A DNA stretch of 62,551 nt, filler included, from Choristocarpus tenellus KU-1152 (lineage: Eukaryota; Protista; Phaeophyceae), in NCBI GenBank assembly GCA_964200185.2. It is 8 parts of 8 records of this genome, joined end to end, with 100 filler letters (N's around TTAATTAATTAA, not from the genome) between each part and the next. Parts side by side here need not be neighbours in the genome. Positions count along the whole stretch, not along the records: positions 23,412 to 37,822 come from CAXNAD020001198.1; positions 37,923 to 41,508 come from CAXNAD020019097.1; positions 41,609 to 47,260 come from CAXNAD020010130.1; 5 more parts are not named here. One strand, written 5' to 3'. The position numbers and the translations under genes are program-made. The notes under the pieces are model-generated. The model was not told the origin of the DNA. It worked only from the letters and a program-made list of their open reading frames with translations, and did no database searches. Of this stretch, positions 31,900 to 44,749 are shown piece by piece (position 1 is the first letter of the stretch; each line of letters starts with the position of its first letter).

Positions 31900-34800
31900 T
31901 TTGATCGCCAAATTCAAGACCTTGAGAAGACGTTTGCCTACGTATCTCCACTGCCGACCAGCCTGGGCGTGAGTTCCCTTGATCCGAAGCTCAGCGGTGA
32001 CAATAGGGGGGAACAGTTCCTACAACAGCTTGCCTATCTCGAAGCCCATAGCCGAAGCGATGTGGAGTCTGATGCCCTCCGTCCGATTAGAGAGGTGAGG
32101 TGGACATTTCAGCGTCGGGTAGATGTTGCAGATCATAAGCGCTACAATATCTGCGTTGAATATCTCTAGCACATTGTCGCCACTTTTGTTTGGTGTCAGT
32201 TCCCATTATTGTTGTTCCTTTGAACAATATGTGGAAGAAAACAGGTTCTGGCACCATCTCCGGTGAAGAAAGTGCTTTGGATATTTCCCGACAGATGTTT
32301 TAGATCATAGCATGCCAAAAATGGAGCAAAAGTTGCTATACTCACACAATACCTATCCATGTCTCCCGTATTCCTTAGCTACCATGAATTGGAGGTTTAT
32401 TGACTACCAATCCAATATATTTTCGTATTCAAAGTCATTTTCGCGGTGTTCCCTTACGTCTTTCACCTCCACGATGATCGAAAAAAGTTGTTCAGGGATC
32501 ACTATCGAGAGATGAACAGCTCCCGTTCCTACATACCAAAGACTGCTGATATCCAAACGAACAAGGAGATTGACATCAGCATCATATCTGATAATGTAGT
32601 AGAAAAGGGTTCACCCCCCAGCTCAATAGCTGGAGAGGTTGAGGAGGAAGGGCTGGAATGCGACCCAGAAGTACTGCTACTACTTTCAGAACTTGAACCA
32701 GAGGAGGAGGATGTTGGTCAAGACTGTCTGTCTGACATTTCAGACACTTCTTTTGTAGACAATGATAAGGGAGTGGTGACCTCCAAGGGCGATCAAGTGG
32801 AGGAAGGAACTCACGGCCATGAGACCAGGGATTCTGAACAAGAAACACAAGAATCAGCAGCAGAGTTTGACAGGAGATACGGTAGGTGTACCAACGAATC
32901 TATCACAAAGGTGCCCAGAAGAGAAAATAAGGTTCATCAAGGAATTGCCACGGTAACCTGGAAGAGAGATTTGGACAAGGGTGAGTTGGACAGAAGGAGC
33001 AGCACAGAACCACAGAAGCTTGGGACCAAGACTATCATACCAGAGTATACGACAGATGTGAGTAGAATGAAGATCGATGGATGCAAGCGGGGGCGATATG
33101 GACAGCCTCGGTCACAGTCTTCATCATCTGCCTGTTCATTGTCTGGCCTGTCACGTCTCTCACGCACATCTTCTTCAATCCTAGTCCGCACCATTAGTCA
33201 AAAGATGCTAATCGCCAGAGATGCTGAGTGTGAAGCAGTGTCCAATGCGGATGCAGCGACTAAAGCAATCCAGGGAACAAGAACAGAGGCCATTAGAATG
33301 CAGGGGTCTGGAGGTGTGCCTGGGATCTTGACAGAGCAAAATCCCAGGATGGATCATGTTAAGGTGAAGCTGGAGGAGCTCAAGGTGTGTGTTTGCATTT
33401 AAAATCAGTTCTGCTTGAAACATGCCAAAAGCTGATACAAATTAAATGGATCTACATATTTTATGTGTAATTGTAATTGTTTTGTTAAGAGACAAATAAT
33501 AGAATATTCAGGAATATTAGCTCAAAGATTCATAAAAAAAAACACAATTAATGTATGCAAAATAAAGTGAATGTAAAGTAATTATATTAATCTAAAGGGA
33601 GTCATTCTTAGTGATTTATTATGATAATAATTCCTTGTCCCTTAGAAAAAAGCTGATGATATAGGTCCGAAACCTTAAAATAATTGATCACGTTCCCAAG
33701 AAATAGGTGTTATTTTGTGTTTGTTTGGCCTTAGGAGCCCCTAGACTCACAAGCAGAGTGGTCACATGAATGCAGAGGCTATGACGACCTTGAGCACAAC
33801 GGAGGGACTGGTTTTGTGCTGTCATGTGTTCAATTTTGTACAAGTATATATTGACAACGTTCATGAATTTTCCCTTCAAATGCTGTACCATACTAGCTAG
33901 CTGTATGAGGCACACATGAGGACATACAAGAACCTGTATAAACTAAATCCTGAAATCAGCAGGCAGGGTCTTGCCTTACAATCCTCAGGTCATGCAGGAG
34001 ATCGTACGGGTTAGATTAAGGTACTGTAGTACATGTATACTCTATTCATACCATCTGGCAGTTAGTAGGAAGGAAATACCAACAGGTTTGTTCTGTCTGC
34101 ACACAGCATCATATCCACCATAAACAGAGTTAAAAGGTGAGTAGAGAGACACTCAATGGCAGCTCTCAGATACATGTCTTGCTAGTTTTTCCTTCTTGAT
34201 ATGAGTGAGTGGATGGTTGTGTGGGTTTTTTTCATCACAATTGGTAGACAGAGCTCATATTGATCACCAACTGGTACCGACTAGGAAGGGAGTGTTTAGG
34301 TCTGATGTACACCAAATGTGCTGCTCCAGTCCACAGGATTGCTTTTGTGGTGGTATATGTTTGAAGGTTGGCATATTGAGGGGCATTAGACTCAAATATC
34401 TGCAGTATTTAAAGAAAGGCAGGCATAACTACAAGTCAAAGGTGGCAGCAATGAGTATTTTTTTGGCTGGGACTTCGTGATCACAGGTACAGTAGCAGTA
34501 CATTGTACAGTCATCATCATTATGTCAGAATTTTTCCACTTGACAGCCCGGTAGCTTGGTCATTTCCATAAGGCGCTTCCTGTTACTGCATAGCCTTCTA
34601 CTTCGCGTAGTTGGGAGTACTCTCCTCCTCCAGCCCACACACACATCCTACCCCTGCAGAAGAGAAATTTGGCGAGGCGGACGAGCTATCTCAGGAGACC
34701 ACGACCACGTGCTGCGAAGTGGCTCCCTCGAGATATGGCGTTCTGGACAAACACCCCCCCTGATACCCCGCAAAGTTCCAATCCACACAGGAGGTTTGAC

Positions 34801-35676
34801 GGAGTTGATGGGAGTGAGTGTGTGGAAGCTCATCCAAAGCTCGTATTTCCTGATTCTTCAACCCTCTTTTTACCGGATGAGGCCAACTGGGTCAATAACA
34901 TAGACAATGAGGGCATGCAGCTTGGGCCTTCTGATCGCCCTACAATTCTTGGGAGAATAATCCAGAGGCAGATGGGGGAGACGGCCAAGGGGAGAGAGAA
35001 TTCCCATCACACAAATGGATTTGAGAAAAAAATTAGAAAGGGGGGAGAGGGAAAAGGGCCAGGGGGGCATATGGATACTAGAAGAGGGAAGAATCCATTA
35101 TCATTGGAGAAAAGAGGAAAACTGGGGGATGTAGTTCGACAGGGGTGGTTTAAGGAAGATCAAAACCCCAACCAATCAAATTCGGGTCTCATATGCAGCA
35201 GTACCTCCAGTATAAAGCAAGAGTCACAAAGACGAGCAAGCTCTAGGCCTTCCTCTCCTCTTCCAAGTGAACGACGGTCAGCATCATGGCTCATGGCATC
35301 TGGGAACAGCCTTGAAAAGGGGTGGGTCAAGGGTCAACAATCGGGGGGGATAAGAGTAAGACCAAAGAGCACCATCAGTGGAAAGGGACGAAGACCCACA
35401 GTGTCTCATTCTTCGCCTGAATTTGTTCTGCTTTCGCGGGAAATTGAAGATAAGTTGGGGGAGGTTGGAGGGGAAGAGGCAGTGCAAACATTTGACCATC
35501 TTATTCGAGGACGGGATCCCAAAATGAGTGTGCACGACCTGCTTAAGGATACTCTCTTAGCTGCCACGGGTTCAATAACCCCAAGGGAGCAATTCATAAC
35601 TGCCAGGAAATTGATTGCAGAGATGAAGAGTGTGAACACCAAGGATAGTATGGGAGACCTACTAAATGATATAAAG
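31900..35676 (+). CDS. Unknown low-complexity (Ser/Glu/Arg/Gly-rich) protein; exons ~31900-32094, ~32495-33384, 34660-35676; ends undefined
   Basis: Long ORFs (318 and 361 aa) are bounded by splice sites. ELK|gtgtgt joins cag|KRN in phase 0. The junctions near 32100-32500 are unresolved. Confidence 0.65.
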
Positions 35677-36464
35677 GTGAGCTGTGTGTTAGTTTGGCAC
35701 GTCTTTGGCGGAAGGGGTTGGTTTGAAGATGTGTATGTACTGGGAGGACATTGAAAACAAGTGTTCATCCACCTAAGCAAGATACAATCATTAGTTGTAG
35801 CGCCCCCTTCACCCATCCTCTAGTCCTATGCTTTTCCCCTCCGAACCTCAACTTGAATAGCCCAAACAAGATATTTGTCGAAGTTTGAGTATTAATAGTG
35901 CATGGCAGACTACACTGGAACATACACCCACACCCACACCCACACACCCATACTCCTCTATACCATATGTCTGTATCGTTATGGTTTTTTGTGAATAATC
36001 TTTTCAAATGTGAAATGCAGAAAGAATAAATATTATCGATCGAAAGCCAACAACTTTGGTGTGCACATAGGTATGTTCAAAATATTTTTTTATTTCGAAA
36101 TGGTTGAGAAACCGTCGCCTAAACACAAGTGCTTTTTTCGGAAATAGTGAGTGAAAGTATCTCCGAGGGTACGAGTTTTTCCCAGTTTTTCCATTTGGGG
36201 CTTGGCTTCCCATGGTGTATTTTTATTACATTTTCCTACTCCAAAATGTTTTGGAATAGGAAAAATGTGTATGTTATGAAAAGGTGTGTCCGAAACAAGA
36301 AGATTGACACCTCCTAACAAACACAATAGCCAAAATTACATCAAAATCGTAATATTGGATTTTGACCCCCAAATGGACACGGCCCTACCCTCTAAGTTAC
36401 TTTGGCTGATCATCAAGCAGGCGAAAATATATACCAGTGTACAGGAGTGTGTACATACACCTAA

Positions 36465-36960
36465 CCCTCCTCTCCACGCTGGAGGATGCTCTTACGATAG
36501 GTGTACCTTTGCAAGCGTCGATGACATGATTGGGTATTCCAAACGATGCCTTGAAAACTGTGTACAAACGGGAATGCCGGCTGCGAGCATAGATCCGCCT
36601 CCAGGACCCAACTTAATGACAGGTACATGGTCAACAACGAAGCACTTACGATCGTGGCGGTTCTCACACGCCCGGATGATGTCCTGCTCCTTGGCCAACA
36701 TGCGGGCAAGGAAGGACTCACTATCTGCCGCGAACTTCTTCACACAGGCAAAGCTCTTGCAGCAGTCACCCTGTCCGTTGACCGCTATGGGTTCAGCCCA
36801 TTCTCGGCGAAGCTTGACGCCGGTTGCTGAAGCGTCATTGGTAGAAACATCATTAGTAGAAAGCTCCAGTGCATCATTGTTGGCGGGCTGATGAGGGGGC
36901 AACGCAGGGGGCGGCGCAGGTGACAAAAGCCACCCCCTTGCTGTGGGAGCAACTGTCATG
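36465..36960 (-). pseudogene. Frameshifted relic, possibly a Sola-type transposase N-terminus
   Basis: CCKSFACVKKF ... GIPVCTQF/FKASFGIPNHVI across a frameshift resembles the CxC..C..F ... VCxxxFxxxxGI pattern of such transposases. Confidence 0.4.
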
Positions 36961-36962
36961 GT

Positions 36963-37291
36963 GTTTTCAGGCAACAGGCGGTCTTGGGCAGTGAGAAGGT
37001 CTAGGAGTGAATTGAATTCGAAGCCGGGCGTACAATGTTTGAGTTTGAAGAGACCCGTTGGACCAAACTGAAATCCGTGTTCTGGAAGACGCGTTTGTTC
37101 TCGCTGTGATGAAATAAAAACTAGGCTCTATTCTGGTTTCAGGCAACAGGTGATCTTGGGCACGATTGAATTGAATTCAAGCCGGGCGTACGATGTTTGA
37201 GTTTCAAGTGATCCATTGGACCAGCCTGAAATCCATGTTCTGGAAAATACGTGTATTCTGGTTATTATGAATAATAAATTAGATTCTATTC
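36963..37291. repeat. Diverged ~165-bp tandem duplication
   Basis: tttcaggcaacagg..gaattgaattc..aagccgggcgtac..ctgaaatcc..ctattc occurs at 36963 and 37135. Confidence 0.8.
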
Positions 37292-39409
37292 GCAATTTCA
37301 ATAAATAAAAATATAAACCACATACGTAATTGATCTAATACGTTTGAAATGTTCCGAAACGAAAAGGTCACAAAAAATGATGCTCTCTATTTGTTTTTAA
37401 TATGAAATCGTATACTGTTCAATATTCATATTTTTTGGAACACAAATATCAACGGAAAGAGAAATCTGAGTTCCTTGGGTACCGACGGACCAGATTAAAT
37501 AAAGCAGCACCTCCCAGCCCTCACTCCTCATTTCCATTCCTTCCCTTTCGCACATACCACCAGCAGCTCTTTCTTACCTATCTCCGTCACACCTTCCCAA
37601 TCTTCGCCATGTCCAACATTCGCTCAACAACGACCCCCCGCGCGCCAATGGTGCTGCCCACTGATTGAGAGCGTTGGACAGCAATGCCAAGGGCATGGCA
37701 AACAGAGGATACGGGAGTGTTGTTGTTCGTGATGCCTCGTTCGTCCAGTAGTTAGTTCAAGCAGGTTGTTCATGTGTCTGTTGCACTCCCGGTAACATGC
37801 TTACCATCGTTGGTGCCCGTGCNNNNNNNNNNNNNNNNNNNNNNNNNNNNNNNNNNNNNNNNNNNNTTAATTAATTAANNNNNNNNNNNNNNNNNNNNNN
37901 NNNNNNNNNNNNNNNNNNNNNNAAACACCAACCCAAGGGGGGGGGAAGGAAAAATTTTTCCCCTCAACAATATTTACCCCCCCCCCCCCCCCTCCCCCCC
38001 CCTCGATCCACAGGCTGTCAGAAGCACCGAGTCAAGAGTAACTGAGAGGTACCCAGAGTTGCATTTGAAGGATGCTGACAAATATGTGCAAATTTTGCCT
38101 TTTCTTACGAAAGCGTATAGAGCATTTTCTGAGTTATTTCAAGAAGTCTAATAATGGAGAAGTCAGCACTCTCAAGTCAAACTTACTACTTCATCCATAG
38201 AAATGTGATGACCTGCGAAATTGAAAACTAGCTTAAAATGCGAAACGGTCAAAATCTGGGTACATCTCGTCTACTTTGGCTTACCGCTTGTGGGTTGTCA
38301 TTCATGATTCTAAGTTGAGTCCCTTGTACATCCAGTTTTGGGACTCTACATTTTTGGGAGCTTTCAGGGCTTCAACATGCGGAGACCAGTGATCTCACTA
38401 TTGATACTTGTGCAATCTGGTTGTAAAGTAAATATTGTAATGCATAGATTTTCTCACGAAGAAGCAGAATAGAAAAAAAAGTTGCTACCTTTCTACTTCC
38501 CGATCACGCTCATCATCTAAGAACAGGACCTTTTGAAACCAGAGTTCCTCATTGAAACCTAGAGGGACACTTTGTAGAATTGAACTTTTTCGGGCATCCT
38601 GCTCTGTGAGGGAGAACAAAATAGGATATTGTGTACTTTGTTATTGGTAAGAACCTTGTTGAAATGAGGCCCAGTCTAGTGTTGTGTGTGGCCTCACTCT
38701 GTTATTTTAAGACTGGTAAAGAGGACTATTTTATTTTCCTAGTGCACCTGCCCTACTCTGTTGATGGAGTGATAGGAACTCAACAGATATGTACGATTCT
38801 TGACTCAAGTTTCACTCAACACTTTTGACTAACTAACACTTGTGAGATTGTATATGATGAAGATTTTCTAGCTGGCAAATGGCTAACAAAACGTCGTTTT
38901 CCTACCCCGAAAAAATCACTGCCATCAAAATCAATACAATTCATTATCACTTTTTTGAAAATATCACGCTCAGGGACGAAAAGCCTTGTTCCAGTTCTTG
39001 AAAACCTCTTCGCCCACTAAAAAATTCAACATTATTTGCTCTGCATTAATAGGATGTCAATACATCAGAAATAGTTCAGAAAACACTTGGTCGCTATTCT
39101 CATATTCAGCATTTTCACCCCCTCAGACTTCCCCATGGACATAATCGACAAACACACCACCATAGGTGTCGGAGGTGAAGACTGTCTCGGTTGTCCTGTT
39201 GGAGGGGTAGGACACATGACATACAGGACTTAATTCACACCCTATGGGTATCGAAGTGCTTGTTTCCATATTAGCCAAAATTAGACCTTGAAATACTGAA
39301 TATGAGAGAAGTACTAAGCATTTTTCCAACCATTTCTAAACTCTTTCTCATCTTTAATATAGAGATGGGGCCTGGTTCTGTGTGATGGGGGTTGATGAGA
39401 ACCACCAGA

Positions 39410-40727
39410 GATGAGGTTCAGAAGGAAGCGAAAGACGAGACTGAGGCATGTTGGGTGTATGTTGACAACCTCACAGTGCCATGTGAGGACCGATCTTCAA
39501 TGTGATTGGTTGTGACCAGTCAGAACAGAAAACGCAGTCTCGGCTTTGTTGATGTGAATCCACCGTTCATGTTGGGGTTACTGCGTGCCAGTCGTGCATC
39601 TGACCCACACCACATCACTTGGCCTGGGCTCAATAGCAGAAGGTGACGCGCGCAAATGTATATGACCGCGCGAATTATCCTCATCAATGTCGGAGATCCC
39701 CAAAAAGGTGACCTGTCCCTGACATTACCCCCCTCCCCAGTGTGGATTCTATCAGACACGAATAAAAAAGTGGCTGGCCAGCACTTCATGTCAGACAGGT
39801 CCATCTTTGGGAGAACATTTTTTGAAGAACATCATGGTTGAATCAACTCAGGGAAAATAAAAATTAAAAGGTGGAGCACTAGTGGTGATCAGCCCTAGGT
39901 CGCACTCTATTCCAGGTGAAATCTGTGTTAACAGGTGGAAAGTGCAGCGAGAAAAATGACGTGGACCTGCCTGTCTCCTGCGTGCCTCCCGGGGATCTGA
40001 GTAAATGACGCTCAGTATCACCACAGCTTTGGTACGTCAAGTCATCTATTTGGGAGCGTTATGGGGATAGTGTCAAGGGTGGTTGGAAGACTCATCATCC
40101 CTTACTATCTATCACCTCTTGCACAACAACTTACCTCCAAGGTGCTTGGACAAACAGAAAATTGGACTTCAAATATTTGTTATATCCGCATTTGTTAAAA
40201 TAAAGTAAAATATTATACCCATAGTAAATCATATTTTGAACAAATATGCATGCTTCTCACAGATAGGATTAATCTGTGTTAATGTCTCCGGATAAGAGCA
40301 ATCTTTCTACCTCACGAGCCTGAAGTCGTCTAATAGATCAGCTCTAAATACCACCCTAGTCCAAGTGAAACCTGTTGTGTTAATGGGTGGAAAGCGCAGT
40401 GAGAAAAATGGTATGAGGTTCAGAACGTAAGTGAAAGATGAGACTGAGGCATGTTGGGTGTATGTTGACAACCTCACTGTGTGATGTGTGGATCAATCTT
40501 CAATGTGATTGGTTGTGACCAGTCAGAACAGAAAACGCGATCTCGGCTTTGCTGGTTTGAATCCACCGCTCATGTTGGGGTTACTGCGTGCCAGTCGTGC
40601 GTCTGACCCACACCACATCACTTGGCCTGGGCTCAATCGCAAAAGGTGACGCGCGCAAATGTATATGACCGCGCGTATTATCCTCATCAATGTCAGAGAT
40701 CCTCAAAAAGGTGACCTGTCCCTGACA
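39410..40727. repeat. Direct repeats A (39410-39725 / 40413-40727) and B (~39885-39958 / ~40335-40410)
   Basis: Near-identical ~315-bp copies from atgaggttcagaa to gacctgtccctgacat. Confidence 0.9.
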
Positions 40728-42439
40728 TACATAATATTTGTTTTAGTGCATGAAGAGTTTTTTAAGAATTGGAACAGGTCTCTTCGTACCTGAACATGAT
40801 CTTTTCGGAAGGAGGAAATTATGTTACTGATTTTGATAGCAATGAATATTTTCGGAATAGAGAGATACAATGCTTTGTTTATTGTTCGGCATCTAGAAGA
40901 ACCTTAATCACATATAACCCCACCAACACTTCATTGCTTAATCAAGTGTCTGAACTGAGCTTGAATCATGAATCATACAAGCCCGTTCATTTCCAGTCTG
41001 ACCCTCCTTCCCCATTCGAGAGATAGAGTCCCTCCTGACGTACCAGTCACCACAACCACAGATTGAGGCAGGTAAAGGAAGGCTTATCATCAAACTGCTT
41101 TATCGACTTTAAAACACCAACACAGTGCGCATAGATAGGTGCACGGAACTACGATAGACTGGGCCTCATTTCAACAAGGTTCTCACCAGCAACAAAGTAT
41201 ACCCTATGCACAAGAAAATTCCAATTTTGAGTGAAAGTATCTTAGAGGGTACGAGTTTTGCCCTGTTTGTCCGTTTGGGCCTTGACTTCCCACGGGGTTT
41301 TTTTATGGCACTTTCCTAATCGAAAATGTTTCAGAGTAGGTAAAATGTGTACGTTATGAAATGGTGTGTCTGGAATAAGGATACGGACAATTCCTAACAA
41401 ACACGATAGCCAAAATTACATCAAAATCGCAACTTTGCTTTGCTCACGAATTCTGGATTATTATTATTATTTGCACATTCCTATTTTCTTAATCCTCTAT
41501 CCTCCATTNNNNNNNNNNNNNNNNNNNNNNNNNNNNNNNNNNNNNNNNNNNNTTAATTAATTAANNNNNNNNNNNNNNNNNNNNNNNNNNNNNNNNNNNN
41601 NNNNNNNNGTGTGAGGCTTCACACCTTCTTATCTTCACTACTAACAAATAGCATTACCCCCCAAGGTAATTTGCACAGAACAATGGTTAGGGGAGGTTCA
41701 AGAGCATGTCATGTGCCGAGTACATATCATCATCATCCATCAAGAATAAGTGGAAGACCCTCCCCATCAGATATATAATATGCATCCCAGTTCCCTCGAT
41801 GGTGGCTTACTGTACAGTACAAGCGGAGCTTGAGGACAGGAGGATGAATGCTAGATTGGGGACAAGGGCAACAGACTCCAAAGTAATGTGTTTCCACTAA
41901 TATTTAGGTCAAACATTTCGTGTCCAACAACACCCAAGGCAATGTGTTCCCACTAATGTTTAGGTCAAACTTCTCAGGTCCAACAATAGGCGATTATTTG
42001 CCATCTGCCACTATAATTTGATAGCCACTACGACAGGATCTCAAACATTGTGCATGTTGGTCGGGCCATTTCTCGTGCTATTGGCTGCCCTGAATCAAAA
42101 CACCGTATGTCCAAGACACTCCTACCTTGTGGTTGTCCGCCACAGCAGCCAATGTAGCCTTCAGCTTTCTGTGTCCTCTGTTTTTCTTGGCTGCTCCCAA
42201 CCCTGGCCCAGGCAATACTTCCGTCTGTTTAGGCGAGGTTGTCCTCCCCTGATGACACACATACTATAGGTGTTCCCTTTCCCTGAAGTTTATACACCGT
42301 CCTTCGAATGTTCACGGACCGGTATGTTTAATCAGTCTGCATTTTTCACACTGTTTCTGTTGTACGAGAGTTACTACGATAATCAGTCATGCTGTGGCCA
42401 CTACCCCAATTGATCTTTATTGTTATTGTTACCCCTGGC

Positions 42440-43205
42440 CGTGCCACGCTCATTTCACCTTATTGAAATAAAACAACACTTTCCATGGTATGCTGTATGG
42501 TTCCTGAGATAAAAGCATTCCTGGCTTCCTCTCGACTTCTTGCCTCCCTCTGCAGCGACAAATATCTTGAACGAGCAGCCCATTGGATGATACTTCTCTC
42601 GTCCTCACCCCCTTACCATGATGTTGTAGGCAATGATTAGTGATTTGGGGGTCTGACGCCCTAGGCATCATCACAATAATTAAGATCAATTTCTGCAGCC
42701 TAGCAATTTCCTCATATGAATGGATAAGAAAACGCTCTCCAAGCTGCTTCTATGCCTCAGAAGGTGAAGCTGCACTTCGAACAATGCACCTGAAGAATAG
42801 ATTAGTGCTCCTCAGCAGAATATCGTGAGTCTTCGTGGCCTTGATGACTTCTTCACTCACTCCTTCCACCTTGATGAAGTTGACGTCGCCCACTCGAAGG
42901 GGGTCCTCCCTATACTCCAGAGCTTGATCGATATGCCTTTCCCACCCAAGAAGGCATGCATTGTCGAGAACCAGACAACACAATTGAAGGAGTTTAGTTT
43001 GAAAATTATTTGAGGCCATGAATGTAGTTAACTTGGCCAGGCCACTCCAGCCCTAGCTGCGCCTCCTTTAGCTAGAGTTTGTTTGTCGGCACTTAAGCGT
43101 GTTGATAAGCTTCACGCATGAAAGGCTCGTTACCGAGAGCTGCTGCTGGGATCTACACTGATCATTAACACCCTAAGGGGTCCCAACTTCTTCATCACCT
43201 CACGT
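42440..43205 (+). mobile_element. Possible degenerate Helitron Rep N-terminal fragment
   Basis: ARYRELLLGSTLIINTLRGPNFFIT near 43105-43200 resembles Helitron motif 1 (G.PxxFIT). The upstream sequence is stop-riddled. Confidence 0.35.
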
Positions 43206-43209
43206 ACAA

Positions 43210-43700
43210 AGAAAAAATGTCAGAGGGCGTAACAATATACTCTGGATTATACAAATTAGGATAGAGGCATAGCAGGGGAGCGATGTAGCATAGCTGATAG
43301 TCAAAATATTAAATTGACTATAGAGAGATATCTTTCACATTTAAGTGAACTGATACTTTTACAGGGATTCTTACGATATTTGATTGACTTTCCCCTGACA
43401 CATCTCCAAAATGTCAGAGGGCATGATAATAAAAATATATAGTATATACAAAGTCTGACACAGCGTACCGGTTTGTTTGACACTACTATACAGTAGAAAA
43501 GGGGCTATCCAATCCCGTCTACGCCAGATAGTCTCTGTCAGAACGCAAGTAGCCCTATAAAGACGTGACATGCGTTTAAGACTGGAGACACAAGGGAGAT
43601 AGATGGGCAATGAGGGGCTTGTTCGATTCTTGGGATGCTTCCTTAGGGTGCAGGACAAAGCTAGGTTGGAGGAACAGGAAGGCAGTGGTACAGCATAACT
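43210..43700 (+). mobile_element. Cluster of CRE-like 3' fragments
   Basis: 3' tails at ~43215-43240 and 43255-43440, then the RLE C-terminus (SRLRQIVSVRTQVAL) at 43495-43700. Confidence 0.7.
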
Positions 43701-43704
43701 GTTA

Positions 43705-44140
43705 CAGCATGCTCCAAAGCTCACCTCCACAGGATGTATAGCTCCAATCCACATGCCTATAGATGACGCTGATGCTCGTACAAGCCTCCCAAGATACTCC
43801 GAGAGTCAAAGGTCCAACGAAGATGATGAATATCAGCACATCAGGGTACTCTCACGAATCAATAAGCATGAATATGAGAATTGGTATCAGTTTCGAGTGA
43901 GCCCTTTCGGGGGCTTGAGCCGTTTGAGGTCTCTTATCATCACTTACCGTTTTATTTTTATTTCAGTTTGCAAACGTTGAAATACATATGAGAACCGTTG
44001 CATACATTCCCAAGTTACAGATCTTTCTCTGCAACCTTTAGCAAATCAAAATTCCCCCTTTCGGGGGTTTTACACGTGGGTACACTGCTCGCGCTGGTTA
44101 AAGCGCAGGAAGAAATACTTGTGTTCTTCGCCTGTAACAT
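43705..44140 (+). mobile_element. Possible Copia RNase H end plus LTR remnant (its 3' end recurs at 47361-47432)
   Basis: LTSTGCIAPIHMPIDDADARTSLP resembles GxIxxxYVPTxxQxADxLTKxL. The shared repeat ends ..ttcgcctgtaaCA. Confidence 0.35.
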
Positions 44141-44305
44141 AGCTGGTAGAAAAATAGTAAATAGATTAATGTCTTTCACATTTACGAGAACTGTTACTTT
44201 TTAGAGGTTTTTCTGACATGTGAACAGGTTTCACTGATTTTTCGCCTGACACATCTAAAAATGTCAGGTAATAATAATAAAAATATACTACTATACCAAG
44301 TGAAC

Positions 44306-44749
44306 TATTTCTCACTCATTTTCAAACCATTTCCCGAACCATTGTTATTGGTTTCGAACCATTTTGACACATTTTTGTTGACGTTCTAAAGACATTTTAA
44401 AGTCTATTTAGCAATATTTGTTGGCAATATGTTCTTGGGGATGTTTCTGGCATGATTAGATCACTGAAGTGCACAGGGGAGCCGCCATGTCGTCCAGACC
44501 ACACACTTTCGTTTCGGAATACCACTCTGATACTGTGTACAATTTCTTCAAAAAAAGGTTAGGAATAATGTTCACACAAGGTTACGGATACAGTACTGTT
44601 TAGATTAAAAAGAGAACAAGTTTATAAAAGGTCCCCAAAAACACGTCAAACTCGTTCGAAAACAAGTAAATGGTTCGAAAATGATACGAAATGGTTCCAC
44701 AACGGTATCAAATGGGTCGGGAAATAGTTCGAAAATGAGGTGAGAAATA
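44306..44749. mobile_element. MITE-like element with long imperfect TIRs
   Basis: tatttctcactcattttcaaaccatttcccga versus tcgggaaatagttcgaaaatgaggtgagaaata. Confidence 0.65.

Noticed and set aside
33653-33675. ctgatga...gaaac hammerhead-like core
   Set aside because: No pairing stem II and no convincing stems I/III.
43882-43890. tggtatcag as a tRNA-Met primer-binding site
   Set aside because: Only 9 nt match and there is no upstream LTR end.
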